Below are positions 1-8,545 of a DNA stretch of 27,820 bases, in pieces; position 1 is the stretch's first letter, and each line of letters starts with the position of its first letter. The notes below the pieces were generated by a model. The model was not told the origin of the DNA. It searched no databases and saw only the letters and a list, made by a program, of their open reading frames with translations. Position numbers and translations under genes: made by a program. Source of the stretch: a virus (taxonomy: Duplodnaviria > Caudoviricetes); the IMG/VR virus record IMGVR_UViG_3300025608_000075, positions 1 to 27,820 of that record; one strand, given 5' to 3'.

Positions 1-4
1 GCCA

Positions 5-160
5 TTACTTTTCTTTTTTAATATGTATCCACTTGGATACAGTATATCCTATTGTAATTACAAGTAGTAATATTTTCAAACTGTCTTCTATTTGTGCAAA
101 CGTTGTTACGCCTAACGTTCCGGCGTTCATAGCGTATAGTTTAATATCTGATAAGCTCAT
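5..160 (-). CDS. Small membrane protein, putative holin (51 aa)
   Basis: The ATG at 160 lies just after the stop of the upstream ORF (ends 162), so it is a better start than the track's 217. The product has hydrophobic segments (LYAMNAGTLGVTTFA; ILLLVITIGYTV) and a basic C-terminal tail (KWIHIKKEK). Its stop overlaps another ATG (TAATG) that runs off the window edge. Holin function is inference. Confidence 0.55.
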   Translation of the reverse strand: MSLSDIKLYAMNAGTLGVTTFAQIEDSLKILLLVITIGYTVSKWIHIKKEK

Positions 161-161
161 T

Positions 162-440
162 TTATTCTCCGCATTTTTTTGATGGATCATCAACTCTTCT
201 CCAGTCTTCTTTTTCAAACCAGTCTCTAAGTGTAGCTCCTTTTTTACGAGCGCCTTTAACGTTTGTTTTAGACGATCTTTTATATTTACCTTTTGCGCCA
301 GCAGATTTTTTAGAGTTTACTAGCTTTTCTCTTTGCTCTTTACTCATACTTCTTATTTTAGAAGCAGGTAAGCATGTTTTAGTTGTACCACCACCTTTTT
401 GTTTATGCAAAGGCGTATTACCTGGTTGTACGTAAGCCAT
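162..440 (-). CDS. Small basic phage protein (92 aa)
   Basis: Very Lys-rich, with CLPASK and LRDWFEKEDW...CG motifs reminiscent of small basic proteins in aquatic phages. It is coupled to the upstream ORF by a 1-nt overlap at 440. Confidence 0.75.
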   Translation of the reverse strand: MAYVQPGNTPLHKQKGGGTTKTCLPASKIRSMSKEQREKLVNSKKSAGAKGKYKRSSKTNVKGARKKGATLRDWFEKEDWRRVDDPSKKCGE

Positions 441-811
441 TATTTTTTACCTCCAAATTTACTAGGTCCACCAGCTTTAGTACATCTTACACCCCAACCT
501 GAAGCATAAGCACTAGGCCAAACCTTAAATTTTCTTTTTGCAGCAGCCTTACAACCTGCGCTAATTTTAGCGTATAAAGGCGAACCCATGTTTATAGGAT
601 TCTTAGTTACATATGGTCCTTTTTTATCTACTTGTATTGTAGAGTAATCTTCAACAGATAACTGAGGAAAAGTAGTGGCATCACCTTCTTTTTTTGAAAA
701 CTGCTTTTCAAAATCATCTTCAGTAACATAATCACCTTTTTTATAAATCTTGCTAGGCTTGTTAATTCTAATAGTATCTCTATGTACTTTTTTATTTTTT
801 GGATCCGGCAT
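440..811 (-). CDS. Small basic phage protein with WPSAYASG motif (123 aa)
   Basis: The C-terminal CKAAAKRKFKVWPSAYASGWGVRC resembles a motif I recall from cyanophage and giant-virus hypothetical proteins (DUF5872-like, unverified). It overlaps the giant ORF by 20 nt. Confidence 0.75.
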   Translation of the reverse strand: MPDPKNKKVHRDTIRINKPSKIYKKGDYVTEDDFEKQFSKKEGDATTFPQLSVEDYSTIQVDKKGPYVTKNPINMGSPLYAKISAGCKAAAKRKFKVWPSAYASGWGVRCTKAGGPSKFGGKK

Positions 812-3800
812 CTTTCTTTTTATTTTGTAATTTTATAATTTCTTTTACTCTATCTTCTTCTTTAGTTAAAGCTCTAATTTGTTTTTTAGTTAAACCTAAA
901 TTTAAAAGCTTTTTAACTTGATCTGATTTATTAAGATCAAATAGTTTTTTAGTTTGCTTTTCAGTTTCAGTCAACACTGGTTTGTCTTCAGCTAAACCAA
1001 AATAAGGTAGTCCAACATCCCAACCTGACCAACCTAAAGCTAGCGCAACTTTTTGCCAGTTTTCTGTAGAAGGATTTAATATATTACGCATGTTATTCAT
1101 CTTCATAACCGCTCTATCTAAAGGTATGTTTAGTATTGATGAAACAACTTGCGCACCTGCTAAATAAGCCGGATTGTCCATGCTAAAACCTTTTTCTTTT
1201 ATTTCTTTACGATTCCAAGAAACAGTTCTTGCAGCTGATTTTAATTTTCTAATCTTAGATCCAAGTGCTGGGGCTGTAGAAAGTAAGTCATCAAGAGCTT
1301 CTTCAAACTTAGGTGACTTCTTATCTGCTTGCTCAGCTATAGTCATTAAAGCATTTTTAATACCTGAAACTACAGCGCCTTGTATACCAAGACCTTTAAG
1401 CTGAGAATCAATAGCACCATTTAAAGTTCTTTGTAGTTTTTGCTCTTTATTTTTTTCTGTTAGCTTTTCATCTTCTTCATCATCATCGAATAACGCCCAG
1501 GCTAAACCGCTTTGCATAGCATTAAACATTAAGTTTTGTATAGCGCCGTAGTAAACTATTTTAGATACATTGCTTTTCCAATCACCTCTCTTGTTTACTA
1601 GATCTTGCACAGCTCTTTTTTGTATACGTACATACTGTAATTGAGTGTTACCAAACTGAAGTATAATACGACCAATTAAAGATCTTTGCTGTTGGCTAAT
1701 TTTAGATGGACTACTAGACTGCTGGTTTTCTTCAGCTATAGCTCTAAAGTCATTAAAAGCTTGTTCTTCAGCTGCTTTTCTATCCATGCCTTGTTCAACC
1801 AAAGCTTCAGTTCTATTTCTATAAAATGTAGCACCACCAGAAGCTATAGCAAAACTATCTGCATATCTTGTAAATACAAAACCTTTATTAAGTAAAAATG
1901 ATATAGCAGAGTTAACTTTGTTTTTACTACCTTGTACAGCATCAGCTATTTCAGATTCACTTACGTTTATTTTAAGACCATCACGTCTTTCAAGTAAGTA
2001 ATCAGAGTTCATAAGAGTTAAAAAGTCACCCCAAAATTGTTTTTGATTAGCAAACGCTTTACCCGCCTTTAATATATTATTATCACCCCAATTTACAAAA
2101 TTTACCGCAGATATGGTCTGTAGCACTGCAGATCTTGTGTTTAAGAACATTATAGCACCAACAGAGTTGTTTAGCCAGTCTAGTATACCGTCTGATACTC
2201 TATCGCCGCCTAATGGTCTATTGCTGCCACTTTTCATTGCTCTTAAAGAGTCTTTTAATGCCTCGACATACTTAGCGCCAAAAGCAGCTTCTAGCTTATT
2301 TATGTTCTTTTCAGAAAATATAATATCTACATTTTCTTGCCACTCTTGCAAATACTCTTTTCTATTAACTTTATTAATACCACCTATAACGTCTGTGGTT
2401 ATAGTGCCAGCTGTCCAGTCTTTACTAGGTTCCGGATATGGCTTGTCTTTTTGTATTGTTATTAAGTTATCAGCAAATACACTAAGCTCTGCATCGTTAG
2501 TTATAAAATCAGTTAATCTTTTTTGATCACGCTTAGAAAGTCCTGGAACTTCAATGCCTTGTTTATTCCATATGTAGGTTCTAATAGCATGCTGGTATGT
2601 ATACTTAGCAATACCAGTTTCTTTTTCTAAAGTTTTCGGTATGTTTTTAAATTGCTTTTTTAACGCTTTGTAATCTCTACCAGCTGACACTTTAGCCTGT
2701 GATAAAGCTATTTCAGCTCTATTATAAGGATCTAGTAGATTTGTTTTGTAAAATGCCATTTGAGCATCACCAACTTTACCTTTACCTAATGTTTTGTAAA
2801 GTAAGCCTAAAAAGTCTTCAGCAGATGGTGTTGTAAAGAAAGTAAATTTACCTTTACTTGATCCGACTGTTTTAGCTTTAGCAGCAGAAAACTGTTTATA
2901 AGATTCAATACCTACTTTTTGTTCTATAATATCATTGAACACTTTGTCAAACACTATACGTTTGCTAGCTTTAGCTTGCTGTACCTTTGATTTAACATCA
3001 ACTTGACTTAATACGTTTTTAACAGCTTTAACATTTTTAATAGCATCATCAGCAAAATAAAAATCGTTATAACCCTCAGCGGCTTTACCCATAATCCAAC
3101 CTGCTTTTGCTTCAGCAGTGCCATCGCCTAACCCTGTTATGTTCGCTAAAGGTATGTCAATACCATTTGCTTTCATAAACTCTTGTATCGGACCAGCAGC
3201 GTTAGCAGGTCTTGCCGTTAATATAAATACATCATCAGTACCTCTTGCTGCAGCTATTTTTTCAGCAACACTAAATAATGGTCCTTTTTTACCTTCAATA
3301 ACTTTACTAAACTCTCTAAAGTCAAACTCTGCACCTTGACTTTCTAAAACATCATAATTTTCAGCAAAACTAGTTGCATCAACTTTACCAACTTTGTTAG
3401 CATTTACACCAGCGTAAACTTGCTGTAGAAAATCATTAGGCAAAGGCTTGCCGTACTCTATAGTCTCTGTGTTTATCTCGTATAAGCGATCACCAAAGTC
3501 TTCTCTATATTTAGCTAAACTTTCTTGAACTTGATCATAGGTTTTCTTTACAACAAAATCAGGTAACGATCTTTCTGTTCTAGCTTTGTTTCTAGCTATA
3601 GCAGTTTCAAGAGGCGTTGTAGCCACAACCATATGTACTTCAAAACCTTTATCTTGTAAAGCTTTTATTTTCTTAGTAGTAGCATTGTAAGAAGCGCCTG
3701 TGCCATCTATAACCATGCCATTACCTGCAGCGGCGTATTTATCGAATTTAGCTACAGCAGCTTTTCTAGCAGCAGCACCAAGCTTTGATCTAGTAGATCT

Positions 3801-6800
3801 TTGCTCTGCTGTATAATCAGATTCTTTAGCTGGTAATCCAGCTTCTTCTTTCATAGCTTCTAATGCTATATCTTGATTAACTACTTTATAACCACGTCTG
3901 CCGAGTTGTAATCCTTTACCAACATTTGTTTTACCAGCACCAGGACCACCAACCATGAATATAGCTTTTAGCTTTGTAGCGCCTTCACTAAAACCGCCTT
4001 CAACATTTGGTACAGTATATAATACTTTACTTTTAGATCTGGCTAATGTATCATCAAAGTCAAATACTCTAATCTTTTTAATAGGAGCATCTGGTCTTCT
4101 AGCGTTATTTAAAGCTTTGTCTGACTTAGCTAAAGCGTTAACGCCTGTTTGTACCGAAATAGTTTTGCTGTATTTTATTTCACTAGGCATTAGCTCATTA
4201 ATGCGTTTAGAGGCTTTTGCTTTATCGTTAGAAAGCTTGCTTTCATCTTTAGCGTATTCTTTTACTTGCTCTAATGTTTTTTCGCCTGAAAAATAATCTC
4301 TTATTAACTCAGCTTGAGTATTTTGCTGTAAACCTTTAACGCCAAAAAAGTACTCGCTAATAGTTTGACCTGTAGGTATATAAAGTAAATTATCTAAGTT
4401 TATTCCAGCTTCCGTAAAACGTATAGTAGATAATAAACCTCTATCAACTTTTATTTTACCTTCTTTAAGAAGCTCAACTGCTTTCCAAAATAAATCTGGC
4501 ATAGATGATTTAAAATCTACATCTAATAAATCATTATTATTTAAAGTAATCCAGCCTTGCATATAAGAAGCCTCTATAACAGGCCAAACCTCATTGATTC
4601 TACCTTCTTTTGCCGCGTTTGTTAAAGTAGTCCCTATATTATTTTGTGGTTCAGAGTGTTCTTCAATACCTTTTTCATTTCTAATAACTTTACCATTAGA
4701 ATCTACTTCAATTATTAAAGCGGGTGCTAAAGCTCTTAATGGAGCATTTTGAGAATTTGTAGCAGCAGACGCTATACCGTCAAAAACCCAAGTGTCTTTA
4801 GGATTGTTTTTTAAATATGCTTCTGCAGCTAAATAAAAATCTTTCAGTAAATCTAATTTAGCATTTTCTTTAGCAACGTAGCCAGGTTTTGATATAGCTT
4901 CTGCGTAAGAATTAGTGACCATTCTGTCTTTAGTCATAGGTGTTCTTCGTATATCAGCTTGTTCTCCAGTCTTATCTAAACGCTCATTGAATCTACTTAC
5001 TATACCGTATGGTGATCTTGATTCTCCGAAAACTAAAGAAAATTTAAGATAGTTATTAAACTTAGGGTTTTTCTTTAAAAATTTATTTAATACTCTATCA
5101 AATCCTTGTATAACAGTTTCACCGTCTACAGCTTTTACACTATCACTTAAAAGTTTGTTTCTATCGTAGTCTCGTTTTTTACTATCTGGCCTACGCTTTG
5201 TCCCTTCCTGCTTTTCGTCAACTCTAGTTTTACCAGCCGCATCCTGCATAAACTTAGAGGTCTGTTTTGGCGTTTTAATTTTTTTACTAAACTTAGCGCC
5301 ACCAACAGCTCTTTCGGCTGATGTAGTCACTAAATCTTCAAACATGCGGTTTCTAATATGCAAGTTTAATAAACCACGTATTGTTTGACCTACGGCGTCT
5401 CTATATATCGGCTTAACAGGTTTTTGTCTAATAAGACCTATATAGTCTTTTAAATTACCTGTAAGTTTGCCATTTGTATATAAAGCATTCATTACGTTTC
5501 TAGGTAAAAAAGTACCTTTACCAAAACCATCTTTAGTCTTTGGTAATCTAGCAAAATCGTTATTAGCGTTTTTAAGTAAAAACTGTTTAGCTGTTGTTAA
5601 TCCTTCAGCGTCTGTTTTCTGATAGTTTCTAGTTTTATCAGTTATAGTTTGAGGATTTAAACCAAACATACCAGCGTATATATCTGCTACAGCTTTTGGC
5701 ACGTTTCTAGTTTGACCAAAAGTTTTAATATCTTGGCCTTTAAAAGAGTCTTTAGTAGCTTTGGTTATTTTAGTTTCAACTTCAGCTTTATCTTTAGCGC
5801 CAATTTTTTCTATTTGAACTTGTGAAAACTCAACCGTTTCTGTAGGTTTTTTAGCTATTGGCTTTTCTTTAGTTTCTACCTCAGTGGTTTCTTCAGCCAT
5901 AACGCCTTTAGCCTCTGTTACATCACTAGTAAACTCTTCACCTAAAACTCTTTGAGAAGCTTCGATTGCTCTAGCTGGTAAAAACTTATTTATATAAGCG
6001 GCTAATGGCACGCCTGATTCAGGATTATACTCTCTAATTAAATCGAATATACCACGCTTACCTGTTTCAATTTCATCAGTTAGTAACTGACGATCAAAAT
6101 TAGGTGCGTCTCTTCTTTTATCTACTATTCTATTTACTATAGGCTTGAATTGATCTATAATATCAAAAGCGCCAGCTTCACCTTGAGTGTCGTATATCTC
6201 TTGCACTTTAGTAGATGCTATAGCTCCAGTATCTTTTTTGCTTTCTTTAGCTACGATATCTGTAACCTCAGCTTCTATATCTGTTGTAGGTTTTATATCT
6301 ACTTCAGCTCCTTTTTTGGCTACTTTTTCAAGACCTTTAGAAAGACCTTTACCTTTTTGCACGCTTCTGTTGTAATCTCTAACAAAGTTTAATACATCTC
6401 TTCCAGTTTTAAACTTAACGTTTAGACCCATAGCGCTTAAAGCTCTACGTATAAAATCACCTATTTTAGTTGTAGCTTTTTCGTTAAAAACAATGTCACC
6501 ACTTTCTAGTCCTTCACTAGCAAGAGTTAATACCTCTTCCATAGTATCTGCTTTAGATATATCAGCATCTTCAACGTACTGGTTAAATCTATCTAAAAAC
6601 TTAGAACTATTAAACGTTATGTCTTTACTATTTTTTAATTCTTCTAAAAGAGATGCACCTAAAGCTATTGCAGCTTCAGGTTTGTTTTTAACAGTTTCAA
6701 ACAAAACAGCATGACCAACCTCGTGTTGAGCAGTTGTCATTACATTATCTTGAGCTGCAGATTCTTTGTTTAAAATTATAATTCTTTTACCATCAGGCAT

Positions 6801-8540
6801 TACTACAAATGTACCGTAGTCTTCAGAGCTTTTAGTATCAATGTTTCCACCTTGCTCTTTTAAAGTTTCTATAGCAGAAGCTACATCAGCTTCATTTTCA
6901 AAAGTTTCAAATCCAGTTTCAATTTGCTCAGCTATAACTTTAGCTCCTTTTTCTACTTTAGCCGTTTTATCAGCTACAATTATATCGTTTAGTTCTTTGT
7001 CTATCTCGCTAAGTCTTTCTGACTCTGCTTTTGTTAGACTGGAATTATCTACTTGCTTTATTTTGTTCTTTAATTTTTTTTGCTCAATAACTAGGTCAAC
7101 TACTGGTTTTGTGTTTTCAACGCTAATACCTAATGGTTTTACAGTATTTAAAGCTCCTTGTATATCTCTAAAGTTACTTCTAACATTGTCGGCTTGCTCT
7201 ATAGTAAATACACCATCTCCAACTTTTTGTTTTAGCTCAGCCTCAAGTTTATTTTGAGTAAATTTATTTTCACTAAGCTTGGGTAATCCCTCGGTTACAT
7301 CAGGAGTTTCATAAGCGTCAACGACGTTATCGTATTCAGTGCCTTCTAAGTCTCTTTGTACGCTATTATCTTGTATAGTGTTTTTAATTAATCTAGATCC
7401 AGCTGCGCTAGCTCCGACTGAGCTCATTCCACCACCCATCATACCGCCAACTAAAAAAGTGTCTACTAAATCTCTAAGGTGATTATCAAATGTATCTTTT
7501 TTGCCAAGTTGAGCAGCGTCGACCATTTTGTTTATAACTTCAGTAGCAGTTTCAGACAAACCTTCAGCGCCATAGTCTTTACTTATACCTAAAGCAATTT
7601 TAGTAATTGACTCAGTTGCTTCTTTTTTACCTTTACCTGCAAGGTTTTTAAACATTCCTCCGCCAATTTTTTTAGTTACAACTTCTAAAAGACCTTCCGC
7701 AGCGCCTCTTACGGTAGAATAACCAAGTGTTTTTAAACTTAAATCTTCACCTTCTTTTTGAGCTTCGGATGAAGCACCAGCGGTTTCGCCAGCTACTATT
7801 GAGGCTATACCAACGTATGGTATCATAGACTGAACAACAGAAGGTAACGAACCTAAAGCGTCAGAGGCTGTTCTAACAGTAGCTTCTACAAAGTTACCTT
7901 TAGCGTATTCCTCTCCTATACTAGTTTCAAACTGTGTTAAATCTTGTCTTATTTTATCAGCTTTTACAACAGAGTCTTCATAAGTCTCTAAACCAATATT
8001 AGCTAAAGCAGTCATACCGGGTTGAGATCCAATATTAGCTAAAGTTTGCTTAACAAGAGGATCTAAAGCGTCGTATCTAGCTTTTTCTTCGTCACTCATA
8101 AACTCTCTATCAACAGCCATTTTAAACTCATTTAATAGAGTTGGTACTCTTGCTAACTTTCCTAAAGCATCCACAGTAGCTGCTTTTATTTTAGTACCTG
8201 TTTCTGCCCAAAAATCCCAATCACTTCCTTCTTTAGCTGCTCTTTGATAGCTTTCCCATAAAATATTCTCAGCTTCTCTATCTAATTCTTTTATTTTATC
8301 TTCTGGTGATACCGAAAAAGTATCTTCCAAAGCGAATACCGTAGGCTTTGGTGCCTGTTGTGGTCCTACCGACGGAGCACTTGCACCCACTACACCGTCT
8401 CCTGTCTTTACTGATTCGACAGAGGTTTCAACAACTTCTTTTTTGTTATTTTTTTTCCACTCTATTACTTTAGCTTTAATCTCATCTGCAGATAAACCTT
8501 GATCTTGTAATGAAGCTACGTAAGTTTCTAATTCATTCAT
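792..8540 (-). CDS. Giant polyvalent, probably virion-packaged/ejected protein (2582 aa): zincin peptidase motif, sigma-70 region-2-like segment, HAD phosphatase with inserted P-loop kinase, helical C-terminal region
   Basis: Uninterrupted 7.7-kb ORF. Motifs: HEVGH at 6725-6711; sigma-like GIFDLIREYNPESGVPLAAYINKFL at about 6055-5980; DFDDT from 4061; Walker A GGPGAGKT at 3950-3927; ILTARP near 3218; FADD near 3050. It follows the tail and ejection-like genes, as podovirus internal virion proteins do. Confidence 0.85.
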   Translation of the reverse strand: MNELETYVASLQDQGLSADEIKAKVIEWKKNNKKEVVETSVESVKTGDGVVGASAPSVGPQQAPKPTVFALEDTFSVSPEDKIKELDREAENILWESYQRAAKEGSDWDFWAETGTKIKAATVDALGKLARVPTLLNEFKMAVDREFMSDEEKARYDALDPLVKQTLANIGSQPGMTALANIGLETYEDSVVKADKIRQDLTQFETSIGEEYAKGNFVEATVRTASDALGSLPSVVQSMIPYVGIASIVAGETAGASSEAQKEGEDLSLKTLGYSTVRGAAEGLLEVVTKKIGGGMFKNLAGKGKKEATESITKIALGISKDYGAEGLSETATEVINKMVDAAQLGKKDTFDNHLRDLVDTFLVGGMMGGGMSSVGASAAGSRLIKNTIQDNSVQRDLEGTEYDNVVDAYETPDVTEGLPKLSENKFTQNKLEAELKQKVGDGVFTIEQADNVRSNFRDIQGALNTVKPLGISVENTKPVVDLVIEQKKLKNKIKQVDNSSLTKAESERLSEIDKELNDIIVADKTAKVEKGAKVIAEQIETGFETFENEADVASAIETLKEQGGNIDTKSSEDYGTFVVMPDGKRIIILNKESAAQDNVMTTAQHEVGHAVLFETVKNKPEAAIALGASLLEELKNSKDITFNSSKFLDRFNQYVEDADISKADTMEEVLTLASEGLESGDIVFNEKATTKIGDFIRRALSAMGLNVKFKTGRDVLNFVRDYNRSVQKGKGLSKGLEKVAKKGAEVDIKPTTDIEAEVTDIVAKESKKDTGAIASTKVQEIYDTQGEAGAFDIIDQFKPIVNRIVDKRRDAPNFDRQLLTDEIETGKRGIFDLIREYNPESGVPLAAYINKFLPARAIEASQRVLGEEFTSDVTEAKGVMAEETTEVETKEKPIAKKPTETVEFSQVQIEKIGAKDKAEVETKITKATKDSFKGQDIKTFGQTRNVPKAVADIYAGMFGLNPQTITDKTRNYQKTDAEGLTTAKQFLLKNANNDFARLPKTKDGFGKGTFLPRNVMNALYTNGKLTGNLKDYIGLIRQKPVKPIYRDAVGQTIRGLLNLHIRNRMFEDLVTTSAERAVGGAKFSKKIKTPKQTSKFMQDAAGKTRVDEKQEGTKRRPDSKKRDYDRNKLLSDSVKAVDGETVIQGFDRVLNKFLKKNPKFNNYLKFSLVFGESRSPYGIVSRFNERLDKTGEQADIRRTPMTKDRMVTNSYAEAISKPGYVAKENAKLDLLKDFYLAAEAYLKNNPKDTWVFDGIASAATNSQNAPLRALAPALIIEVDSNGKVIRNEKGIEEHSEPQNNIGTTLTNAAKEGRINEVWPVIEASYMQGWITLNNNDLLDVDFKSSMPDLFWKAVELLKEGKIKVDRGLLSTIRFTEAGINLDNLLYIPTGQTISEYFFGVKGLQQNTQAELIRDYFSGEKTLEQVKEYAKDESKLSNDKAKASKRINELMPSEIKYSKTISVQTGVNALAKSDKALNNARRPDAPIKKIRVFDFDDTLARSKSKVLYTVPNVEGGFSEGATKLKAIFMVGGPGAGKTNVGKGLQLGRRGYKVVNQDIALEAMKEEAGLPAKESDYTAEQRSTRSKLGAAARKAAVAKFDKYAAAGNGMVIDGTGASYNATTKKIKALQDKGFEVHMVVATTPLETAIARNKARTERSLPDFVVKKTYDQVQESLAKYREDFGDRLYEINTETIEYGKPLPNDFLQQVYAGVNANKVGKVDATSFAENYDVLESQGAEFDFREFSKVIEGKKGPLFSVAEKIAAARGTDDVFILTARPANAAGPIQEFMKANGIDIPLANITGLGDGTAEAKAGWIMGKAAEGYNDFYFADDAIKNVKAVKNVLSQVDVKSKVQQAKASKRIVFDKVFNDIIEQKVGIESYKQFSAAKAKTVGSSKGKFTFFTTPSAEDFLGLLYKTLGKGKVGDAQMAFYKTNLLDPYNRAEIALSQAKVSAGRDYKALKKQFKNIPKTLEKETGIAKYTYQHAIRTYIWNKQGIEVPGLSKRDQKRLTDFITNDAELSVFADNLITIQKDKPYPEPSKDWTAGTITTDVIGGINKVNRKEYLQEWQENVDIIFSEKNINKLEAAFGAKYVEALKDSLRAMKSGSNRPLGGDRVSDGILDWLNNSVGAIMFLNTRSAVLQTISAVNFVNWGDNNILKAGKAFANQKQFWGDFLTLMNSDYLLERRDGLKINVSESEIADAVQGSKNKVNSAISFLLNKGFVFTRYADSFAIASGGATFYRNRTEALVEQGMDRKAAEEQAFNDFRAIAEENQQSSSPSKISQQQRSLIGRIILQFGNTQLQYVRIQKRAVQDLVNKRGDWKSNVSKIVYYGAIQNLMFNAMQSGLAWALFDDDEEDEKLTEKNKEQKLQRTLNGAIDSQLKGLGIQGAVVSGIKNALMTIAEQADKKSPKFEEALDDLLSTAPALGSKIRKLKSAARTVSWNRKEIKEKGFSMDNPAYLAGAQVVSSILNIPLDRAVMKMNNMRNILNPSTENWQKVALALGWSGWDVGLPYFGLAEDKPVLTETEKQTKKLFDLNKSDQVKKLLNLGLTKKQIRALTKEEDRVKEIIKLQNKKKDAGSKK

Positions 8541-8545
8541 TTAAT

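Noticed and set aside
161-217. N-terminal extension of the holin-like ORF (track start 217)
   Set aside because: It overlaps the upstream gene, and the ATG at 160 directly after that gene's stop is more plausible.
3390-4007. Intein explanation for the insertion in the HAD domain
   Set aside because: It has no N-terminal Cys/Ser splice motif, no C-terminal His-Asn and no LAGLIDADG motifs. The insert looks like a kinase.
4041-4070. FDFDD as the DxDxD catalytic loop of a crAss-type virion RNA polymerase
   Set aside because: The motif is hhhDxDxT (VFDFDDTL) with downstream TAR and DD motifs, which is the HAD signature rather than DFDID/DxDGD.
8440-8460. Poly-A runs (TGG AAA AAA AAT AAC AAA AAA) as a productive frameshift site
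   Set aside because: A -1 shift here hits TAA immediately or TGA a few codons later, so it cannot reach the downstream open -1 frame.
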